Source: Myxococcota bacterium (lineage in GTDB: Bacteria; Myxococcota; XYA12-FULL-58-9; JALHOP01). From it: 39,659 bases of DNA. The notes under the pieces are model-generated. The model did not search any database. It was given only the letters and a program-made list of their open reading frames with translations, and was not told the DNA's origin. A program made the position numbers and the translations under genes. Position 1 is the first letter of the stretch. Every line of letters begins with the position of its first letter. This document shows positions 29,329 through 39,413 of this stretch, in pieces. Where the stretch lies: NCBI GenBank assembly GCA_041288095.1, contig JBGGMJ010000005.1, positions 1 to 39,659 of the forward strand, written 5' to 3'.

Positions 29329-30573
29329 GTGATAGCGGCATCATGGCTGGCGTTGGTGGGTGTGACGCTCTGCGCCTGCGGCAACGAGGTGTCGATGCCG
29401 AGCGTCGAGGGTGCGGGCGGGGAAGAAAGCGATCCGCCCGTCGGTGACGTCGACACCACGGCGCCGGGTGACGACGACGGGCCAGGTCCCGCGGGCGGCG
29501 ACGTCGCGCAAGGCGACGATGACCCACCAGGAGACGCCGATCTTCCACCGGCCAAGGTGCCGGTATTCATCGCGCAGGGACACGCGGGGCGGCTTCTCAT
29601 GTCGTGCGACGATGGCCGCTCGTGGCGCTTCGACGTGAGCGACGACGACGCGATTGTCTGCTTCAATCCCACCGACTGCGATCACAGCGCCATGTCCGCG
29701 GCTGGGCTCACCTATGCGAACGGGCACTTCTTCGCGAGCTTCGGCCACGGCTCGTCCGCCGGAACGTTACGGCATTCCGTCGACGGCAAGACCTGGACGC
29801 CCCTGCAGACCGGCAGCTCGCAGGGAGGCGTGTACTTCAACGGCGAGCTCCTGCTGTGGATGGAAGGGCACTTTGGCCTCTCGAACGATCTCGGCGTAAC
29901 CGTCGACTCGAACCTCGAGAATGTTCCTGGTCACTTCTATCAGTCGCGCACCATCGCGGCGCAGGGCGACGTCATCATCGTTTCGGGCGACGGCGTGGGG
30001 GGCCTCGTGAGTCGCGATGCGGGACGGACGTGGCAGGCCGCGACGCTCGTGGATGTGCGCTGGGGACGTAACGTCTTCATGCAGACGGCGCCAGACGGCA
30101 GTCTGGTGACGCTGAGCGCCGTGCACGACGTCCAGATCGGAGAGCAGACCTACAAGACGCTGGCGTTCGCCGCGCGCTCGACCGATGGCGGGCTCACCTG
30201 GGTGGGCTCGCAACGCTTGGACTACGTCACGGCCTACGTCGAATGGGCAGGCATGTTCAGCGACGGTGGCCTGCTCTTCGCCTTTTTCGACAACGCCATG
30301 TGGACGAGCGAAGACGGCATTACGTGGGGCGGGGTGACGGTGCAGACGTCGCTGCCGGCGGGGCGCATCACCGATGGCGCCATCGCACGTGGGCCGAGCG
30401 GCACCTACGTCACCGTCACCGACGTATGGAACAACTACTACGACAAGCAGCGCGCCTATCGCAGCGACGACGGCCTTCACTGGACGCAGCTCGACGCGGA
30501 GAGCTTCACCGGCGGACACCCGGTGCGTCACATGACCACCGGGTGGGTCGACGCCGCGGCCTGCGCCGAGTAG
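29329..30573 (+). CDS. BNR/Asp-box (sialidase-like beta-propeller) lipoprotein
   Basis: Lipobox LCAC, acidic Pro linker, Asp-boxes SCDDGRSW, SVDGKTW, SRDAGRTW, STDGGLTW, SEDGITW, SDDGLHW. Start chosen at GTG 29329 (ORF track gives 29314). Confidence 0.85.
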   Translation: MIAASWLALVGVTLCACGNEVSMPSVEGAGGEESDPPVGDVDTTAPGDDDGPGPAGGDVAQGDDDPPGDADLPPAKVPVFIAQGHAGRLLMSCDDGRSWRFDVSDDDAIVCFNPTDCDHSAMSAAGLTYANGHFFASFGHGSSAGTLRHSVDGKTWTPLQTGSSQGGVYFNGELLLWMEGHFGLSNDLGVTVDSNLENVPGHFYQSRTIAAQGDVIIVSGDGVGGLVSRDAGRTWQAATLVDVRWGRNVFMQTAPDGSLVTLSAVHDVQIGEQTYKTLAFAARSTDGGLTWVGSQRLDYVTAYVEWAGMFSDGGLLFAFFDNAMWTSEDGITWGGVTVQTSLPAGRITDGAIARGPSGTYVTVTDVWNNYYDKQRAYRSDDGLHWTQLDAESFTGGHPVRHMTTGWVDAAACAE

Positions 30574-30595
30574 CGGCTGGCGGGCACCGATGGGC

Positions 30596-30639
30596 GCGGT
30601 GCGACGAGCTGCACACTGTGGTGTAGCTCGCCGCACCGC
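30596..30639. repeat. 18-bp imperfect inverted repeat downstream of the propeller gene
   Basis: GCGGTGCG-A-CGAGCTGCAC / GTGTAGCTCG-C-CGCACCGC. No U-tract. Confidence 0.6.
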
Positions 30640-30892
30640 TCGGAGGACCGCGGCGCGTGTGCCCCAACGCGCCAGCGGGCGAAGTTCGCGCGCCGCATCC
30701 ACGAACGGCGCAATCTTCGCTGCGACTGGTTAGATCAAGATCTGGTGAAAACAGCTCCCCGCTCGGCTCATTCGTTGTGGTGATATCGGCCGATCGCGGC
30801 TGGGGTTGCCCCCTCATGTGCGACTTTTTGGCACCTGGGATCGTCTGAGACCCGATAAGGAAAGATGCCCTCGATTCAGGGCGGAGTGCGTC

Positions 30893-31333
30893 ATGTTGCT
30901 CGCAAACCTCGTCTTGACCATGGCGTTGGCGGCCGACGAGAGCTCGCGTTTTCACCTGCTGGAAAGCCAGCTTACGGTGGCGACTCAGGTTGGGACGGAG
31001 CCTGCGAGCAAGAAGTGTCCGAGCCTCTATCCCAAGGTGGCGCCCCAGCCTCCCGAACCGCTGTCGACGCCACTCCCCGACGCGGCGCTAAAAAAATCGC
31101 TGGCTGAAGCTTTCGGCGGACGCACGCGCGCCTCGGCCTGCGTCTACGGCGTTCAGGGCGTTCGCCGCCAAGACCCACGCTACGGCATGCGCCAGCTCAC
31201 GCTCGAGGTCGCGCCGCCGCTGGCTCCGCAAGGGCGCCTGCGCCTGCTGCTGCGGACGGTCGTTAGTCGCTTCGAAACCATGCACGACGTTGGCCACAAC
31301 AACGCCGAGGTCTACGCCGGCGTCAGCTACTGA
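30893..31333 (+). CDS. Small exported hypothetical protein
   Basis: ATG at 30893 with a GGAG SD, signal-like MLLANLVLTMALAA, CCCGATAA box at 30851-30858. Confidence 0.5.
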   Translation: MLLANLVLTMALAADESSRFHLLESQLTVATQVGTEPASKKCPSLYPKVAPQPPEPLSTPLPDAALKKSLAEAFGGRTRASACVYGVQGVRRQDPRYGMRQLTLEVAPPLAPQGRLRLLLRTVVSRFETMHDVGHNNAEVYAGVSY

Positions 31334-31384
31334 CCTCCGATCTCGACGCCTGCGAAAAATCGACATGTTGCCGTGAAAAAGTGC

Positions 31385-31413
31385 TCGACGGGGTCACGTG
31401 CTTTTGCTAGAAG
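31385..31413 (+). promoter_or_regulatory. sigma70-type promoter of the S10 operon
   Basis: TCGACG-N17-TAGAAG with an extended-10 TG and discriminator CCGCGCCC. Same -10 as the rpsL promoter. Confidence 0.55.
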
Positions 31414-31547
31414 CCGCGCCCCTGAGTTCAAAAGGCACCCGTCCTCGTGGCGGTGATGCGGTTTGACAACGCGGAAAGCGCCGTCCGGGCGCGTGATCGA
31501 GGCTCATTACGGCTTCGAGAGCGCACCCGATGCAAACGAGAGTTGAG

Positions 31548-31880
<333 letters not shown>

Positions 31881-31894
31881 GGCGGAGCACGTCA

Positions 31895-32527
31895 ATGAAA
31901 GTCGATGTCTTCAACGTAGAGAACAGCAAAGTCGGCAGCGTCGATCTGCCCGATGACGTGTTCGGCGCCGAGGTCAACGAGACCCTCCTCTGGGAGATGG
32001 TCAAGGCCCAGCGCGCTTCGCGTCGCCGTGGCACGGCCAAGACCAAGCGTCGTGGCGAAGTCAGTGGCGGCGGCATCAAGCCCTTCAAGCAGAAGGGCAC
32101 CGGCCGCGCTCGTCAAGGCTCGAGCCGCGCTCCGAACCACGTCGGTGGTGGCTCGGTGTTCGGTCCCGTTCCGCGCGACCACAGCTACCGCCTCCCGCGC
32201 TCGGCCCGTAAGGTCGCGCTCGCCAGCGCTCTGTCGCTGCGCGCCAAGGGCGGGCTGATGATCGTCGACAAGATGGAGCTCAAAGCTCCGAAGACCCAGA
32301 GCGTCGTCGAGTTCATGGGCAAGGTCGGCACGACCAGCGCTCTGATCATCGACATCGAGAACGACAATCTCAAGCTGTCGACGCGTAACCTGAAGAAGGC
32401 GAAGTACCTGTTCGCTTCAGCGGTCAACGTCTACGACATTTTGGACCACGACAAGCTGGTCATCACCAAGGGCGCTCTCGAGCACGTCATCGCTCGCGCC
32501 AAGAGTGAAGAAGCGAAGGCGGCCTAA
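31895..32527 (+). CDS. rplD: 50S ribosomal protein L4
   Basis: [23 protein letters not shown]. Confidence 0.99.
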   Translation: MKVDVFNVENSKVGSVDLPDDVFGAEVNETLLWEMVKAQRASRRRGTAKTKRRGEVSGGGIKPFKQKGTGRARQGSSRAPNHVGGGSVFGPVPRDHSYRLPRSARKVALASALSLRAKGGLMIVDKMELKAPKTQSVVEFMGKVGTTSALIIDIENDNLKLSTRNLKKAKYLFASAVNVYDILDHDKLVITKGALEHVIARAKSEEAKAA

Positions 32528-32528
32528 G

Positions 32529-32816
32529 ATGCAGACTCAAGAAATTCTCGTCCGTCCGATCATCACCGAGCGCGCGACCACCGCGCAGGAGCGTCTTGGT
32601 CAGGTCACGTTCGAGGTCAAGAAGGCCGCGAACAAGAATCAGATCAAGAGCGCCGTCGAGACCATCTACGGCGTAACCGTTTCCGCGGTGCGCACGATGA
32701 CCATGCCCGGCAAGCTGAAGCGCCGCGGTCAGAGCATCGGCAAGCGTCCTAACTGGAAGAAAGCCATCGTTCAGCTCAAAGAAGGCGACAAGATCGACTT
32801 CTTTGCGGCGGAGTAA
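32529..32816 (+). CDS. rplW: 50S ribosomal protein L23
   Basis: RPIITE, ANKNQIKSAVE, WKKAIVQL. Confidence 0.98.
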   Translation: MQTQEILVRPIITERATTAQERLGQVTFEVKKAANKNQIKSAVETIYGVTVSAVRTMTMPGKLKRRGQSIGKRPNWKKAIVQLKEGDKIDFFAAE

Positions 32817-32819
32817 GCC

Positions 32820-33671
32820 ATGGGCGTAAAGAGTTTTAGACCGACGACGCCGACCAAGCGTCATCAGACCCGCGCCGATTTCGCGGAGCTCACGACCAAG
32901 GGTCGCGCGCGTCCCGAGAAGTCGCTCACCGCGCCTCTCAAAGAGAAGGCCGGCCGCAGCAACCAGGGCCGTATCTCCGTTCGCTTCAAGGGCGGCGGTC
33001 ACAAGCGCAAGTACCGCATCATCGACTTCCGTCGTAGCAAGGTCGACGTCGTCGCCAAGGTCGTTCGCATCGAATACGATCCGAACCGCTCGGCACGCAT
33101 CGCGCTGTTGCACTACAAGGATGGCGAGAAGGCGTACATCATCGCGCCCGTAGGCCTCGCCGCCGGCGACACGGTGGTCAGCTCGTCGACGGCGGACATC
33201 AAGCCCGGCAACTCATTGCCGCTCGTGAACATCCCCTTCGGCACCACGGTGCACGCCATCGAGATGAAGCCCGGCAAGGGCGCTCAGCTCGCGCGTAGCG
33301 CCGGCGTCTCGGCGACCTTGATGGCCCGTGACGGCGGTTACTGCCTCTTGCGCTTGCCCTCGGGCGAGATTCGTCAGGTGCCGGAAACCTGCCGCGCCAC
33401 CATCGGTCAGGTCGGCAACACCGACCACGAGAACGTCGTTCTCGGCAAAGCCGGTAAGTCACGCTGGCTCGGTCGCATGCCGCACAACCGCGGCGTCACC
33501 ATGAACCCCGTCGACCATCCGTTGGGCGGCGGCGAAGGCAAGAGCTCCGGCGGCCGTCACCCGGTCACGCCGTGGGGTAAGCCGACGCGTGGTTACAAGA
33601 CCCGCAAGAACAAGTCGACGAACCGCTTCATCGTTCAGCGTCGTCCGCCTAGCAACATGAGCAAGGGATAA
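32820..33671 (+). CDS. rplB: 50S ribosomal protein L2
   Basis: [28 protein letters not shown]. Confidence 0.99.
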   Translation: MGVKSFRPTTPTKRHQTRADFAELTTKGRARPEKSLTAPLKEKAGRSNQGRISVRFKGGGHKRKYRIIDFRRSKVDVVAKVVRIEYDPNRSARIALLHYKDGEKAYIIAPVGLAAGDTVVSSSTADIKPGNSLPLVNIPFGTTVHAIEMKPGKGAQLARSAGVSATLMARDGGYCLLRLPSGEIRQVPETCRATIGQVGNTDHENVVLGKAGKSRWLGRMPHNRGVTMNPVDHPLGGGEGKSSGGRHPVTPWGKPTRGYKTRKNKSTNRFIVQRRPPSNMSKG

Positions 33672-33677
33672 GCCACC

Positions 33678-33959
33678 ATGCCACGTTCACTGAAAAAAGG
33701 TCCCTTCGTGGACAAGCACCTCGTCAAAAAAGTCGAGGAGCTCAACAAGAGCGGCGCCAAGCGTGCCATCAAGACCTGGTCGCGTCGCTCGACCATCTTG
33801 CCGGACATGATCGGCCACACGTTCGCGGTCCACAACGGCCGCAAGCACATCCCTGTGTTCGTCACTGAGAACATGGTCGACCACAAGCTCGGTGAGTTTG
33901 CCCCGACCCGCACCTTCAATGCTCACCCGGGCATCAAGAAGAAGGAAGTAGCGCGCTAA
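33678..33959 (+). CDS. rpsS: 30S ribosomal protein S19
   Basis: [26 protein letters not shown]. Confidence 0.99.
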   Translation: MPRSLKKGPFVDKHLVKKVEELNKSGAKRAIKTWSRRSTILPDMIGHTFAVHNGRKHIPVFVTENMVDHKLGEFAPTRTFNAHPGIKKKEVAR

Positions 33960-34348
33960 TGGCTACCAGAGAAAAACAAAAGGCCGTCAAGCGGGCCGAA
34001 GCGCGCAAGGCTCTCGGGCCCGTCGCGTCGCTCAACTATCTGCGCATGTCGCCGCAGAAGGTTCGCCTCGTTGTCGACCTCATCCGCGGCCGCGCCGTGG
34101 AAGAGGCGCTCAACATCCTGACGTTCAGCCCGAAGGCGGCTGCCGGTCCGCTCGGCAAGCTCCTGAAGAGCGCTGTCGCCAACGCCGACCAGAAGGGTGG
34201 CTTCGACCTCGACAAGCTGGTCGTCAAGACCGCGACCGTCGACGAGGGTCCGACCTGGCGACGGTGGCTGCCGCGCGCTCAAGGCCGCGCCACCCGCATC
34301 CGCAAGCGTACGTCGCACGTCACCATCGTTCTGGGCGAGAGGGCTTAA
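33959..34348 (+). CDS. rplV: 50S ribosomal protein L22
   Basis: [28 protein letters not shown]. Confidence 0.99.
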   Translation: MATREKQKAVKRAEARKALGPVASLNYLRMSPQKVRLVVDLIRGRAVEEALNILTFSPKAAAGPLGKLLKSAVANADQKGGFDLDKLVVKTATVDEGPTWRRWLPRAQGRATRIRKRTSHVTIVLGERA

Positions 34349-34352
34349 TCAC

Positions 34353-35042
34353 ATGGGTCAGAAGACACATCCAGTAGGCTTCCGCCTCGGCGTCATTCGT
34401 ACCTGGGACTCCAAGTGGTACGAGGACAAGAACTACGCAGCGTGGCTGCACGAAGACATCAAGCTCCGCGACTTCGTGAAGAAGAAGCTGAACAGCGCTG
34501 GTGTCTCCAAGGTCGAGATCGAGCGCGCCGCCGCCAAGGTGAAGATCAGCATCTACACCCCGCGTCCCGGTATCGTCATCGGTAAGAAGGGCGTCGGCAT
34601 CGAGCAGCTCAAGAAGGAGCTGCAGGTTCTGTCGAAGTCCGAAGTCTTCGTGAACATCCACGAAGTCCGCAAGGCCGAGATCGACGCGCAGCTCGTCGCC
34701 GAGAATGTCTGCGTTCAGCTCGAGCGCCGCGTTGCCTTCCGTCGCGCCATGAAGAAGGCGGTCCAGACCGCTCTCAAGTTCGGCGCCAAGGGCATTCGCA
34801 TCGCCGCCGCCGGCCGCTTGGGCGGTGGTGAAATGGCCCGTCACGAGCAGTACCGCGAAGGCCGCGTGCCGTTGCACACGCTGCGCGCCGACATCGACTT
34901 CGGCTTCGCCGAGGCGAAGACCACGTACGGCAAGATCGGCGTCAAGGTGTGGATCTTCCGCGGAGAGATTCTCCCGGATTCGGGTCCGTTGCCTCCGCGC
35001 GAGAAAGCCCCAGAACAGCCCCGGGAGCGCTTCGACTCCTAA
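34353..35042 (+). CDS. rpsC: 30S ribosomal protein S3
   Basis: [26 protein letters not shown]. Confidence 0.99.
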   Translation: MGQKTHPVGFRLGVIRTWDSKWYEDKNYAAWLHEDIKLRDFVKKKLNSAGVSKVEIERAAAKVKISIYTPRPGIVIGKKGVGIEQLKKELQVLSKSEVFVNIHEVRKAEIDAQLVAENVCVQLERRVAFRRAMKKAVQTALKFGAKGIRIAAAGRLGGGEMARHEQYREGRVPLHTLRADIDFGFAEAKTTYGKIGVKVWIFRGEILPDSGPLPPREKAPEQPRERFDS

Positions 35043-35074
35043 CGGGAGTTGTACGCTAAAGAGGACTAACGATC

Positions 35075-35494
35075 ATGTCTCAGCTATCGCCAGCGAAAGT
35101 CAAATATCGCAAGCAGTTCAAGGGCAACCTCAAGGGCAAGGCCCTCCGTGGTGGCACGCTCGCCTTCGGCGATGTCGGCCTCCAGGCCACCGAGCCCGGC
35201 TGGATCACCCAGCGTCAGCTCGAGGCTGCTCGTATCGCGATGACCCGCCACATCAAGCGTGGCGGTCGCATCTGGATCCGCGTCTTCCCGGACAAGCCGA
35301 TCACCAAGAAGCCCGCCGAAACCCGCATGGGTCACGGTAAGGGCGGTGTCGAGCACTGGGTTTGCGTCGTGACCCCGGGTCGCGTGCTCTACGAAATGCA
35401 GGGCGTGAGCGACGAGATCGCCAAGGAAGCCTTCCGCCTTGCCATGCACAAGCTGCCCCTCGCGACGCGCATGGTGCGCCGCTCGGACATGTAG
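35075..35494 (+). CDS. rplP: 50S ribosomal protein L16
   Basis: [23 protein letters not shown]. Confidence 0.99.
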   Translation: MSQLSPAKVKYRKQFKGNLKGKALRGGTLAFGDVGLQATEPGWITQRQLEAARIAMTRHIKRGGRIWIRVFPDKPITKKPAETRMGHGKGGVEHWVCVVTPGRVLYEMQGVSDEIAKEAFRLAMHKLPLATRMVRRSDM

Positions 35495-35505
35495 GACCAA
35501 GACCA

Positions 35506-35892
35506 ATGGCACAGAACGCTGAAAAAGTCGTAGCTTCGAACATCCGCGACCGTAACCCGGCAGAGCTCATTTCGCTCCGCTCGGCCAAAGTAGAGGAGCT
35601 CCGCAAGCTCCGCTTCAAGAAAGCCTTAGAGGGCTCGCAAGCCGTCACCATCAAGTCGCACGAGTTCCAAGCTCTGCGTCGTGACATCGCCGTCTTGAAC
35701 ACCGTCCTCGGTGAAAAAGACCGCGGCGTGACCGTCGAGGCCAAGGCCCCGAAGGCAGCCAAGCCCAAGGCCGAGAAGAAGGCTGACGCGCCCAAGGCCG
35801 AGAAGAAAGCCGCCGCCCCTAAGAAGGCGAAGGCCGAGAAGACCGAGAAGGCTCCCGCCAAGAAGGCGAAGGCCAAGAAGGGCGAGGAATAA
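35506..35892 (+). CDS. rpmC: 50S ribosomal protein L29 with Lys/Ala-rich C-terminal extension
   Basis: Located between rplP and rpsQ. EELRKLRF..., [13 protein letters not shown]. Confidence 0.92.
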   Translation: MAQNAEKVVASNIRDRNPAELISLRSAKVEELRKLRFKKALEGSQAVTIKSHEFQALRRDIAVLNTVLGEKDRGVTVEAKAPKAAKPKAEKKADAPKAEKKAAAPKKAKAEKTEKAPAKKAKAKKGEE

Positions 35893-35894
35893 TC

Positions 35895-36287
35895 ATGGCT
35901 GAGAAGACTGCAAAGCCGAAGGCCGAAAAGGCCGAGAAGGCTCCCAAGGCCGAGAAGGCCGTCAAGGCTCCGAAGGCCGCCCCGGCCGCGATGACCGCGC
36001 AAGCGGACGCGCCCAAGGTGGGCGAGGAGCGCCAGAAGTCGATCAAGACCCGCCGCGGCGTCGTCTTGAGCAACAAGATGGACAAGACGGTGGTCGTCGA
36101 GATCAGCCGTCGTTACCAGCACCCGAAGTACGGCAAGTTCTTGAAGCAGCGCATCCGCCACAAGGCGCACGACGCTGACAACAAGTGCAACATCGGGGAC
36201 ATCGTGGTCATCGAAGAGACCCGTCCGCTGTCGAAGGACAAGCGTTGGCGCGTCATCGAGATCGCGGTCGCGGCGTCGGCCGTCTAA
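35895..36287 (+). CDS. rpsQ: 30S ribosomal protein S17 with Lys/Ala-rich N-terminal extension
   Basis: [31 protein letters not shown]. Confidence 0.98.
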   Translation: MAEKTAKPKAEKAEKAPKAEKAVKAPKAAPAAMTAQADAPKVGEERQKSIKTRRGVVLSNKMDKTVVVEISRRYQHPKYGKFLKQRIRHKAHDADNKCNIGDIVVIEETRPLSKDKRWRVIEIAVAASAV

Positions 36288-36329
36288 TTCGATAAGGACG
36301 TCCGCTTTGGCGGATGCTGAGGTTTAGTC

Positions 36330-36698
36330 ATGATTCAGATGCAAACCGTGCTCGACGTCGCTGATAACTCCGGCGCGAAGCGCGTCATGTGCGTCAAGGT
36401 TCTCGGCGGCTCGCGTCGTCGCTACGCCACCATCGGTGACGTGGTGATCGTGGCAATCCGCGAGGCCCTGCCGAACGCCAAAGTGAAGAAGGGCGATGTC
36501 GCCCGCGCCGTCGTGGTGCGCACCTCGAAAGAGATCATGCGCGCGGACGGCAGCTACATCCGCTTCGACACGAATTCAGCGGTTCTGATCAGCGCGCAAG
36601 GCGAGCCGATCGGCACCCGTATCTTCGGGCCGGTGGCACGCGAGCTCCGCAGCAAGAAGTTCATGAAGATCATTTCGCTCGCTCCCGAGGTGCTCTAA
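36330..36698 (+). CDS. rplN: 50S ribosomal protein L14
   Basis: [35 protein letters not shown]. Confidence 0.99.
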   Translation: MIQMQTVLDVADNSGAKRVMCVKVLGGSRRRYATIGDVVIVAIREALPNAKVKKGDVARAVVVRTSKEIMRADGSYIRFDTNSAVLISAQGEPIGTRIFGPVARELRSKKFMKIISLAPEVL

Positions 36699-37033
36699 TG
36701 GCTCGCCGTCTACGCAAAGGTGACGAAGTCGCCGTCATCGCTGGTGCCCACAAGGGCAAGACCGGCCGCATCGTCGAGGTCATGAACGACTCGAACCGCG
36801 TGCGTATCGAAGGCGTCGCCACCGCGCAGCGCCACGTGAAGCCCGGCCGTGACCCGAAGATGCCCAATGGCGGCATCATCGAGAAGCTCGGCTCGATTCA
36901 CGCTTCGAACGTGATGCCGGTTGACCCGAGCACCAAGAAGCCGACCCGCGTGGGCTCCAAGACCCTCGAGGACGGGACCCGCGTTCGTATCGCTAAGAAG
37001 TCAGGTGACATGTTGCAGGACGCTGGCGTATAA
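36698..37033 (+). CDS. rplX: 50S ribosomal protein L24
   Basis: KGDEVAVIAG..KGKTG, IHASNV. Confidence 0.98.
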   Translation: MARRLRKGDEVAVIAGAHKGKTGRIVEVMNDSNRVRIEGVATAQRHVKPGRDPKMPNGGIIEKLGSIHASNVMPVDPSTKKPTRVGSKTLEDGTRVRIAKKSGDMLQDAGV

Positions 37034-37095
37034 GGCGCCTCCGTTTTTGGAAATCAGCCGGTTTGATTGCGTGACCGGCTGTAACGAGGAAAGTC

Positions 37096-37773
37096 ATGGC
37101 AGAAGAGAACGACGATAAGGCCGCAGCGGCTGCCGCGAAAGCGGAGCGTGCCGAGAAGGCCAGGGCCAAGGCGGCCAAGGGCAAAGAGAAGAAGCGCGAC
37201 GCCATCAAGGTCGAGCCGCTTCCCGAGGGCTACGTCCCGCGCCTGCTCAGCCGCTACAACAAAGAGATCATCCCGGCTCTGATGAAAGAGTTTGGATACA
37301 AGAACGCGATGGAAGTTCCGAAGATCACCAAGATCGTCGTGAACGCCGGTATCGGTGAAGCCACCGCCAATCCGAACCTCGTGAAGACCGCCGCCGACCA
37401 ACTCTCGGACATCACCGGCCAGCACGCGGTCATCACCAAGTCGAAGAAGGCCATCGCGAACTTCAAGCTCCGCGAAGGCCAGGCCATCGGCGCCACGGTA
37501 ACGCTGCGTCGCATGGCGATGTGGGAGTTCCTCGACCGTCTCGTCTCGGTTGCTCTGCCGCGTACGCGCGACTTCAAGGGCATCAACGGCAAGGCGTTCG
37601 ACGGCCGCGGCAATTACACGCTGGGGCTGAAAGAGCAGATCATCTTCCCCGAGCTCTCGTATGAGGACGTCGAGAAGGTGTTTGGCATGAACATCTCGAT
37701 CATCACCACGGCGAAAGACGACGTGCAGGGGAAAGCGCTACTGCGCCACCTCGGCATGCCCTTCAGGAACTAA
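37096..37773 (+). CDS. rplE: 50S ribosomal protein L5 with N-terminal extension
   Basis: [38 protein letters not shown]. Confidence 0.99.
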   Translation: MAEENDDKAAAAAAKAERAEKARAKAAKGKEKKRDAIKVEPLPEGYVPRLLSRYNKEIIPALMKEFGYKNAMEVPKITKIVVNAGIGEATANPNLVKTAADQLSDITGQHAVITKSKKAIANFKLREGQAIGATVTLRRMAMWEFLDRLVSVALPRTRDFKGINGKAFDGRGNYTLGLKEQIIFPELSYEDVEKVFGMNISIITTAKDDVQGKALLRHLGMPFRN

Positions 37774-37779
37774 TAGACC

Positions 37780-37965
37780 ATGGCTAAGACTTCGAAGCGC
37801 GTCCAAGCGACCCGCAAGCCGAAATTCAAGGTTCGCGCTTATAACCGTTGCCCGATCTGCGGCCGGTCGCGAGCGTTCCTCCGTAAGTTCCAGATGTGCC
37901 GCTTGTGCTTCCGCAAGCGCGCTCTGAACGCGGAGATTCCAGGTGTCATCAAGGCGAGCTGGTAA
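37780..37965 (+). CDS. rpsN: 30S ribosomal protein S14, Zn-binding (type Z)
   Basis: 61 aa, RCPICGR...CRLCFR, ends KASW. Confidence 0.98.
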   Translation: MAKTSKRVQATRKPKFKVRAYNRCPICGRSRAFLRKFQMCRLCFRKRALNAEIPGVIKASW

Positions 37966-37980
37966 CAGCTAGCCCTTTCA

Positions 37981-38013
37981 GCCTGTAAGTTCGCGATAGC
38001 GAATACTGCAGGC
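37981..38013 (+). promoter_or_regulatory. Putative S8-binding mRNA operator (16S rRNA helix-21 mimic)
   Basis: GCCUGU-AAGU-UCGC-gaua-GCGA-AUACU-GCAGGC hairpin, ending immediately before the rpsH SD (GAGG). Confidence 0.65.
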
Positions 38014-38023
38014 GAGGTAGTTC

Positions 38024-38422
38024 ATGCATACAGATCCAGTTGCCGACCTGTTGACCCGCATCCGCAATGGCGCCCGCGCGCGTCTTTCGACGGTCAGCTG
38101 CCCCCAGTCCAAGCTCAAGCTCGAGATCTGCCGCGTGCTCAAGGAAGAGGGCTACATCGCCGACTTCCAGAGCGTGCCGGATCAGAAGAAGCAGGGCCAG
38201 ATCGACATCACGCTCCGTTATAACGAGCGCCGTCAGCCGGTCATCAATAGCATCCGCCGCGTCTCGAAGCCCGGCCTGCGCAAGTACCTGCGCTCGACCG
38301 AAATCCCGCGCATCCGCACGGGGCTCGGCATCATGATCCTCACCACCTCGCGTGGCGTTCTCACCGACCGCGCCTGCCGTGAGCAGGGCGTTGGCGGCGA
38401 AGCGCTCTGCGCCGTCTACTAA
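38024..38422 (+). CDS. rpsH: 30S ribosomal protein S8
   Basis: DPVADLLTRIRN, RVSKPGLRKY, TSRGVLTD. Confidence 0.99.
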   Translation: MHTDPVADLLTRIRNGARARLSTVSCPQSKLKLEICRVLKEEGYIADFQSVPDQKKQGQIDITLRYNERRQPVINSIRRVSKPGLRKYLRSTEIPRIRTGLGIMILTTSRGVLTDRACREQGVGGEALCAVY

Positions 38423-38449
38423 ACGACACCACGAAACGAGGAACGAACA

Positions 38450-38992
38450 ATGTCACGCATTGGTAAAAAGCCGATTCCGATTCCCGACAAGGTGAAGGTC
38501 GACATCTCCCCGCGCTCTGTGAAGGTCACAGGGCCCTTGGGTGTACTCGACGCGGTGATCCCTGTCGGCGTCACCATCAAGATCGAGAACAACGTCCTTC
38601 ACGTCGTTGCTCCCGCTGCCTTCGACCGCCACAACAAGGGCTTCCAGGGCCTGATGCGCGCCGTCCTCGCCAACATGGTGAACGGCGTCGTCAAAGGCTT
38701 CGAGCGCACCATCGAAATCACCGGTGTTGGTTACAAGGCCGAGCAGAAGGGCGACAAGCTGGTTCTCCAGCTCGGTTACACGCACCCCTGCGAAGTCGTG
38801 TTGCCGAAGTCGGTGAAGGCGAAGATCGACAAGGGCACCGTCGTGACCCTGACCGGTCCGGACAAGCAGGTGGTCAATCAGATCGCCGCGACCCTTAGAG
38901 CCTTCAAGAAGCCCGAGCCGTACAAGGGCAAGGGCGTCAAGTACTCGAACGAGACCATCATCCGCAAAGTCGGTAAGACGGGAGCCAAGTAG
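38450..38992 (+). CDS. rplF: 50S ribosomal protein L6
   Basis: [20 protein letters not shown]. Confidence 0.99.
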   Translation: MSRIGKKPIPIPDKVKVDISPRSVKVTGPLGVLDAVIPVGVTIKIENNVLHVVAPAAFDRHNKGFQGLMRAVLANMVNGVVKGFERTIEITGVGYKAEQKGDKLVLQLGYTHPCEVVLPKSVKAKIDKGTVVTLTGPDKQVVNQIAATLRAFKKPEPYKGKGVKYSNETIIRKVGKTGAK

Positions 38993-38994
38993 CC

Positions 38995-39351
38995 ATGGGC
39001 ACCAAGGGTTTGACTGGCCGCCAGCGCCGCAAGCTGCGCGTCCGCAAGAAGGTCTTCGGTACCGCCGAGCGTCCGCGCTTGAACGTGTTCCGCAGCGCCA
39101 AGCACATCTACGCGCAAGTGATCGACGACGACAAAGGCATGACCTTGGCCGCCGCTTCGAGCCTCGCGGAGACCGTGAAGAAGATGGACGGCAAGAAGTC
39201 GGACATCGCGAAAGCGGTGGGCTCGGCTGTCGCCCAGGCTTGCAAGGCCGCGAACATTACCGCGGTGGTTTTCGATCGCAATGGTTACCGCTATCACGGA
39301 CGCATCAAGGCAGTTGCCGACGGTGCCCGCGAAGGCGGATTGCAGTTCTAA
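38995..39351 (+). CDS. rplR: 50S ribosomal protein L18
   Basis: [27 protein letters not shown]. Confidence 0.99.
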   Translation: MGTKGLTGRQRRKLRVRKKVFGTAERPRLNVFRSAKHIYAQVIDDDKGMTLAAASSLAETVKKMDGKKSDIAKAVGSAVAQACKAANITAVVFDRNGYRYHGRIKAVADGAREGGLQF

Positions 39352-39413
39352 CGTCCGTGCCCGGACCGGTGTGCCGGGCTTGGCTGTCCGCTTAAAAGGA
39401 CAAGAGGTTTCTC

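Noticed and set aside
21322-31547. Expected tuf gene or tRNAs between fusA and rpsJ
   Set aside because: No GHVDHGKT-type EF-Tu motif appears in any listed ORF, and I saw no cloverleaf with a TTCGA T-loop and a matching acceptor stem in the intergenic gaps.
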